From positions 543,557 through 607,556 of the forward strand of contig MFAS01000001.1 in NCBI GenBank assembly GCA_001774685.1: DNA of 64,000 nt, read 5' to 3'. Positions 1-9,010 of this stretch are shown here, one piece after another; the first letter of the stretch is position 1, and each line of letters opens with the position of its first letter. Below the pieces are notes generated by a model. The model was given only the letters and a program-made list of their open reading frames with translations, did not search any database and was not told the DNA's origin. Source of the DNA: Candidatus Collierbacteria bacterium RIFOXYD2_FULL_45_13 (GTDB taxonomy: Bacteria > Patescibacteriota > Microgenomatia > UBA1400 > MFAQ01). Position numbers and translations under genes: made by a program.

Positions 1-758
1 TGCTTGTTAAAACTTGGCCATCCGAGAACAACTTCTACGCTTGGGAAGGACCCTTTGTTATCCCTAACTTCTAAATAGATATGTTCCATCTTTCCCTGGC
101 CACCAATTTTCCCACTTAGATACCGAAAAAGTTTGGCTCTTTCCGACCCCGAGTTTCTTTCGGCCTCAATTTTCCATCCCTCCCAAATATCTGCATGATA
201 GATATCATTTCGCCCATCGTCGTTGTAGTAACTCCGACTCGGGTGGAATTCCAGATCTGGTCTGATAATCATTAGAGGAGTGCGGTCTTCACCAGAGGGG
301 TTCCCTACAATCAGTGCCCTAAATTCTACAACGTCACGACTGGTCTGATATGTATTTATCATATACTGTAGGTCCACATTGAAGAACTGAACCGCCAGAC
401 GAGCCGCCTCTTCATCTGAAATAATTTCAGTCAATGCTTCACGTTCGTCGCCAGACTGATTTAACCGAACTGTAAAAGGTGGGTCTTGAACAACCTGGTC
501 TTCAGCCATATCGCTCCCGTCGTCCCAACTCGGAGACATATCATCATATGAAAGGGCATTGTAGCGTAGTGTTTGCTCTTCAGGCATTTGAAAGGATGGC
601 CGATCACTATTGGGACCTCTTTGTGAAAAATCAAGCAGAAAATTTCTGATTGTTTGTGTGAATTCGGGAGTAAAAATGGCTTTGTCTAAGAGAAGGTCGT
701 GTATGTATCCTATTTCCCTCGGGTCCAAATACACAATTGTCCTTATTAAGTCATACAA
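1..758 (-). CDS. Hypothetical protein, running off the left window edge; possibly the frameshifted 3' part of 746..1243
   Basis: Manual translation of the minus strand gives an uninterrupted frame from about 794 to position 1 (..LYDLIRTIVYLDPREIGYIHDLLLDKAIFTPEF..GWPSFNK). Possible starts are TTG 758 or GTG 734. It is absent from the ORF track because it has no stop in the window. Confidence 0.65.
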   Translation of the reverse strand, partial: MYDLIRTIVYLDPREIGYIHDLLLDKAIFTPEFTQTIRNFLLDFSQRGPNSDRPSFQMPEEQTLRYNALSYDDMSPSWDDGSDMAEDQVVQDPPFTVRLNQSGDEREALTEIISDEEAARLAVQFFNVDLQYMINTYQTSRDVVEFRALIVGNPSGEDRTPLMIIRPDLEFHPSRSYYNDDGRNDIYHADIWEGWKIEAERNSGSERAKLFRYLSGKIGGQGKMEHIYLEVRDNKGSFPSVEVVLGWPSFNK

Positions 759-1243
759 ACATTTCTTGTTTGGTGTTGAAAGGCAGAGTATGAGTCACCT
801 GAGCTCTCAACTTGCTGTGAAAGAAGTCTCACCCCTTCTTTGAGGTTCAATACAGTTTTGTCTTCAGGTACATCTTTCGATATCCTTGAAAATTTGAGCA
901 TAATTCCTAGAACCTCAGATCTTGTACTTCTTTCATCGACTCCTGCAATTTGTGGAAGAGCGATTAAGCGTGCAAGTAAACTCATGTCTTCAATTAATAA
1001 CTCGTCATTAAAAACTCCGAATATACGCAGTACTTTCATCGTCTGTGTCTCTCTGGCGATATTGTCAACCAACCAAACCTTCCACTCATTCGTTCCAAAC
1101 TTTTCAATTAGTTGTTTCCTGATGTAGTCTTGGCTTTTTGAGTCGTAGAAACCAGTTTCTTTTATTTTCTCTATCCAACTTAGTTCCTGTGAACCAGGGC
1201 TCGACAGGTCAACGTTCTCAACTTCTGGCAGAACATCTAACAT
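746..1243 (-). CDS. Hypothetical protein
   Basis: 165-aa ORF with an ATG start and protein-like composition; no motif recognised. Confidence 0.6.
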   Translation of the reverse strand: MLDVLPEVENVDLSSPGSQELSWIEKIKETGFYDSKSQDYIRKQLIEKFGTNEWKVWLVDNIARETQTMKVLRIFGVFNDELLIEDMSLLARLIALPQIAGVDERSTRSEVLGIMLKFSRISKDVPEDKTVLNLKEGVRLLSQQVESSGDSYSAFQHQTRNVCMT

Positions 1244-1349
1244 ATTTCGTCAATTACATCATAATCTTAACTTTGATACAAGTCATTGAGGGGTGCAACT
1301 AATGCTCTTTGAACTTAGATTAAGTATTTGTATATAATCATCCTTACCC

Positions 1350-2480
1350 ATGTCCATCAAAGAGATATTCAAGCTTGTTTTGAGTTGGCGCATTCTTCTG
1401 ATTCTCATCGCTCTCCCGGCCATGTTTCTCTTGCCCCCTCGTACCCGTTTCACCAATCTCACCGAGAAGCCCTCACTCGGTAACGTTTTTTCCATGTGGT
1501 CCAATTTCGATGGACTCCATTATCTAGATTTGGCTCAGTATGGTTACGGTTATCAGCACAAGACGGATATGGACTATGCTTTTTTCCCCGTCTATCCCTG
1601 GACCATAGGCACCTTCAATTTCTTGGGAAATTACCTGGCTTCGGGGCTCCTTCTCTCACATGTGTATCTTATTCTGGCTCTTTACTTCCTCTATCGGCTC
1701 ACTGCACTGGATTTCACTAAGAAGGTCTCCCGCCTTACCATCATGTTGACGCTCTTATTTCCTACCGCGTTCTTTTTTGGCTCGGTCTATACCGAGTCTT
1801 TGTTTCTCTTGCTGACTGTCCTAACCTTTTATCTGATCCGCCGCCAACATTTATTCCTGGCTTGCCTTTTGGCTGCCGTTGCTTCCGCCACCAGAATCAC
1901 CGGAGTTTTTCTTTGGCCGGCTATTATCTACGAATACTGGCTCATGTACGGGAGAGATCTTCGCCGGTCACTCAATCTTTCGGCTTTCTGGCTACTGCTT
2001 CCACCTCTTGGAGTTTTCTCCTTCATGCGTTTTCAATATCTTCAGACCGGGGATCCCTTATTCTTTTTTCACATCCAGTCAGTTTTTGGTGGCCGGACGA
2101 TAGACAAACTTATCCTACTTCACCAAGTCTTTTTCCGTTACTTCAAAATGTTAGTTTTTACTGACTGGGACCCACTTTATTTTACAGTTGTTCTCGAAGC
2201 ACTTTCGGCAATTCTGATTGTATCGGTTCTTATCTTCTTCTTCAAAAAAATCCGCTTTTCTTACTGGTTGTTTGTTCTCTTATCCTTCTTACTACCCACT
2301 TTTTCGGGCACCTTTATGAGCATGCCCCGCTTCGCCTTGGTTCTCTTTCCGATATTTATGGTTCTAGCTTATTGGCTAGAGAAACAACATCCCTTTATCC
2401 AGTATGTTTTCTACACGATTTGTATCTTGATGTCCATTCTCTCGGTGATCTTTTTCACCCGCGGCTACTTCATCGCCTGA
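1350..2480 (+). CDS. PIG-V/Mannosyl_trans2-like GT-C membrane glycosyltransferase
   Basis: Multi-TM protein with motifs NFDGLHYLDLAQYGY, AFFPVYP, YTESLFLLL and C-terminal SMPRF. Confidence 0.85.
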   Translation: MSIKEIFKLVLSWRILLILIALPAMFLLPPRTRFTNLTEKPSLGNVFSMWSNFDGLHYLDLAQYGYGYQHKTDMDYAFFPVYPWTIGTFNFLGNYLASGLLLSHVYLILALYFLYRLTALDFTKKVSRLTIMLTLLFPTAFFFGSVYTESLFLLLTVLTFYLIRRQHLFLACLLAAVASATRITGVFLWPAIIYEYWLMYGRDLRRSLNLSAFWLLLPPLGVFSFMRFQYLQTGDPLFFFHIQSVFGGRTIDKLILLHQVFFRYFKMLVFTDWDPLYFTVVLEALSAILIVSVLIFFFKKIRFSYWLFVLLSFLLPTFSGTFMSMPRFALVLFPIFMVLAYWLEKQHPFIQYVFYTICILMSILSVIFFTRGYFIA

Positions 2481-3892
2481 TCTTTTTCAAGGACCACTAC
2501 TTGGAAATTTTCCTGGCAGTTATATCTTTTGATCTCTTTAGCCTTTCCAAACAAAGTTAGTTCGTTATATGACGTTTTTCCGAGTTCAAAAGTACTATTG
2601 TCGAGCACTACCGCCATCAGCGAAGCGCTACTCGGTTCGTTTTCGATATATTTCACTTGACAGCCGGCTTGCTTCATCATTACCCGATGCTCCGGCCCAT
2701 TGTGATATGGGTGAAATCCGGCTTGCACACTCTCAAATATGGGTTCCTTGATTTCCTTGCAAACAGTGTCAAAACATTGAGTCATTTGCTCATATGTTCT
2801 AATGGCCGGTTTGAAATACGCTGATAGTCTTGACGGAGTCAGGTAAAAAGACGACAAGACTAGCAGCACTAGTATTTTCGGCCATCTGGGTAAGGAGGCA
2901 ATACAGAGAAAAAGGAGAGTAGTAAACCCAAAAATATAATGTGAGTGGATTGTCAGGGGTACGATAAAAGTAATTAACACCGTCAGAAATAATAGTTTTG
3001 AGAAAAAGTTTAACTCTGGATTTTCTTTTTTTCGTCCATACCATAGCAAGATAGCCGCCAGAATCAGTATTGCTCCTATCAGCAGTTCTCTATTAATTGC
3101 TAAACCGTAACCAAATAGGCTGCTAAACTTTGCCGTCATAGAAATATTTTCGGCCTGTTGCGGTGTCACCCCTCTGGTAAACAAGCTAGAAGTGAGCAGA
3201 AACTGGTGTTTCAGTTCAAACGCAATCGTCGGTAAATTCACCACTATCAATGCCAACATCTCAGCCAAAACTGTTTTTAGTCTGTTTGTTTTCCAAAATA
3301 AGACCAAAAAAATAAAGATACCGATAAAGGCCGGAGCCATAGAATAAGAAAAAGATATCGCTATGGCGAGAGTCGCAACAAAAACGATCATCAGTTTCTG
3401 AGAAAACTTCTGGGTTAACAGATAAAAACTGATTAAGGCTGTGGCCAGTAGGGGAGTGGTAAAAGAAGGGTTCCAGACAAATCTACTTTGGATAATATAC
3501 TGCGGACTGATCGTGACAAGCAGAAAAAATCCCAGTAACGCCATTTGCATTTTTTTGTTTCCGCGTAAAAACCACAGTCCTCCGAGGAAAAACGAAATAT
3601 AGATAAATGCATTTGTATATAAGAGAGCCATCGGTGAACCATTAAATAGTAGAAACCCCGGCATCAGCAGATAGAAATAAATAGCGCTTTGATTTATCGG
3701 TAGTGAGCTGGTCTGAGGTCCCAGTAGTGGTGGTTTCCCTGTCTCCATCCAGTCTTGCAGTACCAAAAGGTCTCTTCCCATATCATTGAAGTAAAACAGA
3801 GAGGTACCAATATTATTAAATCTCAGCCACCAGAAAAGCCCAACCAAGAACACCGCTACTATCCACACCCAATAATTTTTCCATGCCTTCAT
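2465..3892 (-). CDS. GT-C fold (ArnT/PMT-like) membrane glycosyltransferase
   Basis: N-terminal TM, then DMGRD..PPLLGP loop, SRFVWNP and PTIAFEL; many TM helices and a soluble C-terminal domain. Confidence 0.75.
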   Translation of the reverse strand: MKAWKNYWVWIVAVFLVGLFWWLRFNNIGTSLFYFNDMGRDLLVLQDWMETGKPPLLGPQTSSLPINQSAIYFYLLMPGFLLFNGSPMALLYTNAFIYISFFLGGLWFLRGNKKMQMALLGFFLLVTISPQYIIQSRFVWNPSFTTPLLATALISFYLLTQKFSQKLMIVFVATLAIAISFSYSMAPAFIGIFIFLVLFWKTNRLKTVLAEMLALIVVNLPTIAFELKHQFLLTSSLFTRGVTPQQAENISMTAKFSSLFGYGLAINRELLIGAILILAAILLWYGRKKENPELNFFSKLLFLTVLITFIVPLTIHSHYIFGFTTLLFLCIASLPRWPKILVLLVLSSFYLTPSRLSAYFKPAIRTYEQMTQCFDTVCKEIKEPIFESVQAGFHPYHNGPEHRVMMKQAGCQVKYIENEPSSASLMAVVLDNSTFELGKTSYNELTLFGKAKEIKRYNCQENFQVVVLEKDQAMK

Positions 3893-3922
3893 GCATTAAT
3901 AATAGCGTAAACTATATTAGCC

Positions 3923-5173
3923 ATGAAGCGAATTTTTCGTGCTATTTCTACACCTACTGCCCGGTCCACCGCCTTTTTCTACTTTGGTAGCTTTGGTCTT
4001 AATGTCTTTCGCTATTTCTTTCACCTCATCCTCCTGCGCTTCCTGGCACCGGCAGAGTATGGTGAATTTTTATCCTATCTATCCCTTACCTATCTTCTGG
4101 GTATTCCCACCGGCACCATCGCCACTGTCATCACCAAATATGTCGCCGAGTTCAAAGGAAAAGGGGACAAAACTTCCATCAATCTCTTCTTCCATTATCT
4201 CATTCGTACCGTCACCCCCATTGCCTCCTTCCTCGGACTTGCTTTGATTTTCCTTTCCGGACCTCTATCTCACGTTTTCAAAGCCCACTCTCTGGCCCTT
4301 ATCGTGTTGGGTATCAGTGTCTTTATCTCTCTCTACCAAACCATTATCTCTTCCTATCTGATAGCTTTTCAAAAATTTACCTTTCAAACCGTTCTCGGTT
4401 TGGTCAGCACCTTTCTGACCATTCTATTTTCAATCGGCCTTATCAGCCTTGGCTTTGGCGCTACCGGCGCAGTTATCGGTCAGCTTCTGGGTAGTGTAGT
4501 AACCTCTCTTATTATTTTCCTCGATCTGCGACCCTCATTTTATCCGAAGGTCGTCACCAAGAAGCCTCCCCATTTTTCTTTGGGGGGTTTTATGGGATAC
4601 AGCTTTATTTTTGCTCTCGGTACCATGTCACTGATGTCCACGGATATTCTTATGGTGCGAGCCTTGTTCAACCCTCATCTATCTGGTATTTATTCATCAC
4701 TATCTATCCTTGGTCGTATGATTCTCTACGGTTTGACCCCTCTCATTTCTCTGGTGTTGCCGATCGCCTCCCATCGTCAGGCCATCTCCGGTACCGCCAA
4801 GAATATCTTGATCAAGTTGGGTTCCGTCACGGTGCTTTTTGGACTGATCGGTGCAGGTATTTTTAGCATGTTCCCTACGCTGATCATCAGAATTCTTTCT
4901 GGTGTCGCCTATTTGGAGGCAGCACCCTTTCTTTCGGTCTTCGCCTTCACCATGGTCTTTTTTGCCCTCAGTCAGTTCATACTTTCTTATCAAATGGCTA
5001 TCAGCCGTCCTCGGGCAACCCTTCTACTATTGGCGGCGACCCTTACCCAGCCGGTCTTGTTTTACATATTCCGAGGTTCATTCTCTCTCGTCATCTGGTC
5101 AAACTTTACTGTCCACCTACTCTTGCTCTCCTCTCTTTTATTCTTCCTCTTCTCCCGCGTCAATAACCACTAG
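3923..5173 (+). CDS. Wzx-type oligosaccharide flippase (MOP family)
   Basis: About 12 TM; motifs LRFLAPAEYGEF and TDILMVRALF..SGIYSS. Confidence 0.85.
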   Translation: MKRIFRAISTPTARSTAFFYFGSFGLNVFRYFFHLILLRFLAPAEYGEFLSYLSLTYLLGIPTGTIATVITKYVAEFKGKGDKTSINLFFHYLIRTVTPIASFLGLALIFLSGPLSHVFKAHSLALIVLGISVFISLYQTIISSYLIAFQKFTFQTVLGLVSTFLTILFSIGLISLGFGATGAVIGQLLGSVVTSLIIFLDLRPSFYPKVVTKKPPHFSLGGFMGYSFIFALGTMSLMSTDILMVRALFNPHLSGIYSSLSILGRMILYGLTPLISLVLPIASHRQAISGTAKNILIKLGSVTVLFGLIGAGIFSMFPTLIIRILSGVAYLEAAPFLSVFAFTMVFFALSQFILSYQMAISRPRATLLLLAATLTQPVLFYIFRGSFSLVIWSNFTVHLLLLSSLLFFLFSRVNNH

Positions 5174-5209
5174 CTAGTAACCAACATCTCTCCGTCATAT
5201 AATCTCCTC

Positions 5210-6034
5210 ATGCCCAAAGTGGCCAAAAAGAAAAATAAAACATCTGGTTCGGTAAACCACTCATTGCTTTCGGTGATTGTGCCGGCATACAACTGTAAGA
5301 CTATCCGTAATGATCTCTCCACCATCAAACTTTATCTCGACCTTCTCAATCGACCTTATGAACTTATTTGCGTCGTTGACGGTCTAAAAAACAGTAAAGA
5401 CAGAACAGCCGAACTGGCCAAGTCTTTTAGGGCTAAAGGTAGCAGGGTTTATTTTTACAAGGAAAACAAAGGTAAGGGTTATGCTGTGCGTTACGGCATG
5501 GCGCGCGCCAAAGGGGGGATCATTGCTTTTATCGACGCCGGTAGTGATCTTCACGCTAGAGGTATCGGTTTGGCTCTCGAACATATGAGGTGGTACGATG
5601 CAGACATTATTATTGGCAGCAAACGCCACCACGCCAGCAAGGTAGACTATCCCTGGCAAAGGAAGCTACTCTCATACGTTGTCCAGAAAGCCACAAAGTT
5701 TGTTTTTGGCCTTAATGTTTCAGATACTCAGACAGGACTCAAGGTTTTCCACAGAGACGTACTGGTGGAAGTCCTTCCTCGCCTCATCGTCAAGCGCTGG
5801 GCTTTTGACTTGGAGATTCTCACTGTTGCCAACCGTCTGGGTTTCAAGCGAATTTACGAGTCACCGGTCGAAATCACTCACAACTTTTCCAGCAATGTAG
5901 GTTTGTCATCGATTCAAAACTTTTTTATGGACTATCTGGCCATTTTCTACCGTACCTACATCCTTCGTTACTATGATGATGGAGGCTCGGATCACTGGGA
6001 GCATGACCCCAATCTCAAGCTCCGCTACCGTTAA
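5210..6034 (+). CDS. GT2 glycosyltransferase, polyprenol-phosphate glycosyl (DPM/DPG synthase-like)
   Basis: Motifs SVIVPAYN, NKGKGYAVRYG, FIDAG, SDTQTGLKVF and WAFDLEIL. Confidence 0.85.
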   Translation: MPKVAKKKNKTSGSVNHSLLSVIVPAYNCKTIRNDLSTIKLYLDLLNRPYELICVVDGLKNSKDRTAELAKSFRAKGSRVYFYKENKGKGYAVRYGMARAKGGIIAFIDAGSDLHARGIGLALEHMRWYDADIIIGSKRHHASKVDYPWQRKLLSYVVQKATKFVFGLNVSDTQTGLKVFHRDVLVEVLPRLIVKRWAFDLEILTVANRLGFKRIYESPVEITHNFSSNVGLSSIQNFFMDYLAIFYRTYILRYYDDGGSDHWEHDPNLKLRYR

Positions 6035-6042
6035 CTTACTCT

Positions 6043-7140
6043 ATGAAACCACTTGTCTCCATCATCGTCATCGACTACAAAAAGAAAAATCCCTATCTGG
6101 TCGAATGTCTGGAAGCCATCGGGAAGCAAACCTACAAAAACTTCGAAATCATTTTGGTCTGCGACTTCCGTGTAGACCTAGATTATCCCAAACTTCGCCA
6201 GAAGTCATATGGACATTATGTGGGTCCGGCCGAGAAAAGGGATGCCGGAGCCAAGATGGCCAAAGGGGAGATTCTGGCTTTTATTGACGACGACGCTTTC
6301 CCCAGCAAGGACTGGTTAGCCAGTCTCGTGCCCCATTTTCAAAAAACCAAGATCACTGGTGTCGGTGGGCCGGGTGTCACTCCGCCTGGAGTCAGCTGGC
6401 AGGAAGCAGCTTCCGGCTGGGCATCCGCGTCTCCGGTCGGCGCCGGTCCGTATGCCTATAGATTTCTTCCGGGCAAGAAACAATATGTTGATGATTATCC
6501 TTCCATGAATTTGGCAGTTCGTAAAATAGACTTTATGAAAGTTGGTGGTTATGATTCAAACTTCTGGCCCGGGGAGGATACCAAGCTATGCTTGGATCTA
6601 ACCCACAAACTCCACAAAAAGATTATCTACGAACCGAAGGCGATTGTTTTTCATCACCGCCGCCCCATCTTTTTCCCACACCTTCGACAAAACGGCAACT
6701 TTGGCCTTCATCGTGGTTTTTTTGCCCGTATTCTTCCGGAAACTTCTCTTAGACCTATCTACTTCCTCCCCTCAGCCATTTTGATTGGTTTTATCTACCT
6801 TATTCTATCAACCCTCTTTCTCTTCATGGCAAGGGATCCCTCCCCGTCATTGCGAGGAGGCATGACCGACGTGGCAATCTCACTCCACCAGATACGCACA
6901 TTTGGCATCTACTCTTTCGCTGCATATTTCTTTGTTCTACTCCTCAACTCCCTCTGGGTCTACATCGTCATTGCGAGGAGTGAAGCGACGCGGCCCGCTG
7001 GTACCCGAAGGGGTAAACCTCACTCCACCAACGCCATCTTTCAATCTCTTCTTTCCATCCCCGTCATCTTCATCACTCACCTCTGGTATGGGGCGCGTTT
7101 CCTCCAAGGACTCCTGTTTACTGGTAAACTAATACAATAA
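6043..7140 (+). CDS. GT2 glycosyltransferase with C-terminal TM helices; carries two in-frame repeat insertions
   Basis: Motifs LVSIIVI, LAFIDDDA, NLAVRK..VGGYD and PGEDTKL; hydrophobic C-terminus. Confidence 0.85.
   Translation: MKPLVSIIVIDYKKKNPYLVECLEAIGKQTYKNFEIILVCDFRVDLDYPKLRQKSYGHYVGPAEKRDAGAKMAKGEILAFIDDDAFPSKDWLASLVPHFQKTKITGVGGPGVTPPGVSWQEAASGWASASPVGAGPYAYRFLPGKKQYVDDYPSMNLAVRKIDFMKVGGYDSNFWPGEDTKLCLDLTHKLHKKIIYEPKAIVFHHRRPIFFPHLRQNGNFGLHRGFFARILPETSLRPIYFLPSAILIGFIYLILSTLFLFMARDPSPSLRGGMTDVAISLHQIRTFGIYSFAAYFFVLLLNSLWVYIVIARSEATRPAGTRRGKPHSTNAIFQSLLSIPVIFITHLWYGARFLQGLLFTGKLIQ
6845..6890 (+). repeat. Palindromic (RPE/REP-like) element, copy 1, inside the GT2 CDS
   Basis: Sequence CGTCATTGCGAGGAG-GCATGAC-CGACGTGGC-AATCTCACTCCACCA, with an internal ATTGC..GCAAT inverted repeat; shares three blocks with copy 2. 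Confidence 0.8.
6966..7030 (+). repeat. Palindromic (RPE/REP-like) element, copy 2, with a nested 21-nt insert
   Basis: Sequence CGTCATTGCGAGGAG-TGAAG-CGACGCGGC-[21 nt including hairpin TACCC-GAAG-GGGTA]-AACCTCACTCCACCA; translates as VIARSEAT. Confidence 0.8.
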
Positions 7141-7406
7141 TGGTCCAAGTTAACAACACCGAAGACAAAAGTGAAGCAGTCCGCCAGGACGGCTACACCA
7201 TTACGGTCGATCTAGACAAATGTATTTCGGCTGGCCCATGCTCCATTGTTGCTCCTCTCACTTTTTATCTGAGAGACTCAGACGGCAAGGCTCTCATCCT
7301 CGACCCAGACGGGGACTCACTGGAAAAAGTCAAAGAAGCTGCCCGATCTTGCCCCATTCTTGCTATATTTATTAAAGACAAAAACGGAAAGCAAATCTTT
7401 CCATAA
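7140..7406 (+). CDS. Ferredoxin (single cluster, probably 3Fe-4S type)
   Basis: Motif ITVDLDKCISAGPC..AP..F..AARSCPILAI (CxxAxxC...CP). Confidence 0.85.
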   Translation: MVQVNNTEDKSEAVRQDGYTITVDLDKCISAGPCSIVAPLTFYLRDSDGKALILDPDGDSLEKVKEAARSCPILAIFIKDKNGKQIFP

Positions 7407-7413
7407 ACAAACC

Positions 7414-8997
7414 ATGTTAAAAAAATCCAAAGTTATAAAAAAGAATCTGAAATCCAACAACCCTCTCCGTTTAGTTGTCGGTTATCCACCCATGCCTTCC
7501 GACAAAGGCGTCATGCTTCTGTCACAGAACCGCCAGTTCCAGTACTTCAACGCCAAGACCTATATCTACCCTATGGTTCCGGCCTATGCTGCGTCCAATG
7601 CCGCCGCCCATGGCTACAAGGTCAAATGGATGGATGGTATAGCCGAGGAGCAGACCTTTGAAGAGTGGTTGAAAGAACTAAAACAATTCAAACCTGATGT
7701 TCTGATGGTAGAAACGAAGTCGCCGATCGTCAAGAAGCACTGGGCTTTAACCAAGATTCTGAAGAAAGAACTCCCCAAACTTCTCTTAGTCTGGGTAGGG
7801 GACCACGTCACCTTTGCCCCGGAAGAAATGATGGATCACAGCAAAGTTGATTACCTCATTACCGGCGGTGACTATGACTTCGTCATTGTGAACCTTCTCG
7901 ACCACATTTCCAAAGGCACCACCCTTGAAGCTGGTGTTTGGTGGCGTATGGGTGACAAAAGAATCAATCAAAAACCTCTGGAAACCATTAAGAGAAAGGG
8001 CAAGGCAGTCTACGCCAACTCGGGTAAGCCCAGTATTGCTCACGATCTAAACGAACTTCCTTTTGTCGACCGCGACCTTACCAAGTGGGAGCTTTACTCT
8101 GTTTACAATGGCAACTACAAATACACCCCGGCGACATACATGTACTCAGGTCGAGATTGTTGGTGGAACCGCTGTACTTTCTGTGTCTGGGATCACACTA
8201 TCAACCCGGTTGGCTCGTACCGAAGGTTTACCCCGCAAAGGTTGTTTGATGAAGTCAAATATGTAGTAGACAAGTATCACGTCAAAGAAATCTTTGACGA
8301 CGCCGGTACTTTTATGATCGGTAAACCACTAATGGACTTTTGTAATATGATGATTGAGTCCGGCTATAGTAAGAAAGTGGTCTACGGCTGCAACATGCGT
8401 CTCAATGCCCTTAAGCAAGAGCATTATGACTTGATGGGCAAAGCCAACTTCCGCTTCATTCTCTATGGCATGGAATCGGCCAACCAATATACTCTTGATC
8501 ACCTGGATAAGGGTTTGAAGGTCGAGCAGATAGAAGAAGGTGTCCGCATGGCCAAGAAGGGTGGTCTAGATCCTCACCTTACCATTATGATGGGCTATCC
8601 ATGGGAAACCTACAAGGATGCAAGAAACACCGTCGACCTGGCCAAGAAGTGCTTTGAAAAGGGTTACGTCGATACACTTCAAGCCACAGTGGTGATTCCC
8701 TATCCCGGAACCCCACTTTGGAAAGAGTGCAAAAAGGAAGGCTGGCTCCTCTCGGAAGATTACGATGACTACGATATGCGCAAGCCGGTGATGAAATCAA
8801 CCTTGACCGAGAAACAGGTATTGGAACTGACTCAAGATCTTTATAAATCTTTCCTCAGTCCCAAGTTTATGATCAGAAAGGTCACCGAGATCCGACATCT
8901 CGATGACATAAAGTTCCTCTTCATGGCCGGCTGGCGCTTCCTCGGCCACATGATGGACTTCTCTCCCAAACAGCTAAATCCAGAGACAGTGAGGTAA
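7414..8997 (+). CDS. B12-binding domain radical SAM protein
   Basis: N-terminal cobalamin-binding-like region (WVGDHVT..DYLITGGD), then CWWNRCTFC cluster motif, FDDAGTF, YGMESAN, GYPWET and PYPGTPLW. Start placed at ATG 7414, after the ferredoxin stop. Confidence 0.85.
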   Translation: MLKKSKVIKKNLKSNNPLRLVVGYPPMPSDKGVMLLSQNRQFQYFNAKTYIYPMVPAYAASNAAAHGYKVKWMDGIAEEQTFEEWLKELKQFKPDVLMVETKSPIVKKHWALTKILKKELPKLLLVWVGDHVTFAPEEMMDHSKVDYLITGGDYDFVIVNLLDHISKGTTLEAGVWWRMGDKRINQKPLETIKRKGKAVYANSGKPSIAHDLNELPFVDRDLTKWELYSVYNGNYKYTPATYMYSGRDCWWNRCTFCVWDHTINPVGSYRRFTPQRLFDEVKYVVDKYHVKEIFDDAGTFMIGKPLMDFCNMMIESGYSKKVVYGCNMRLNALKQEHYDLMGKANFRFILYGMESANQYTLDHLDKGLKVEQIEEGVRMAKKGGLDPHLTIMMGYPWETYKDARNTVDLAKKCFEKGYVDTLQATVVIPYPGTPLWKECKKEGWLLSEDYDDYDMRKPVMKSTLTEKQVLELTQDLYKSFLSPKFMIRKVTEIRHLDDIKFLFMAGWRFLGHMMDFSPKQLNPETVR

Positions 8998-9010
8998 AAT
9001 CATTCTCACA

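Noticed and set aside
5513-5518. Poly-G/C tracts (5513-5518, about 4582, 53011, 54222) as phase-variation switches in glycan genes
   Set aside because: The tracts are only 6-7 nt long and all host ORFs are in frame; insufficient evidence.
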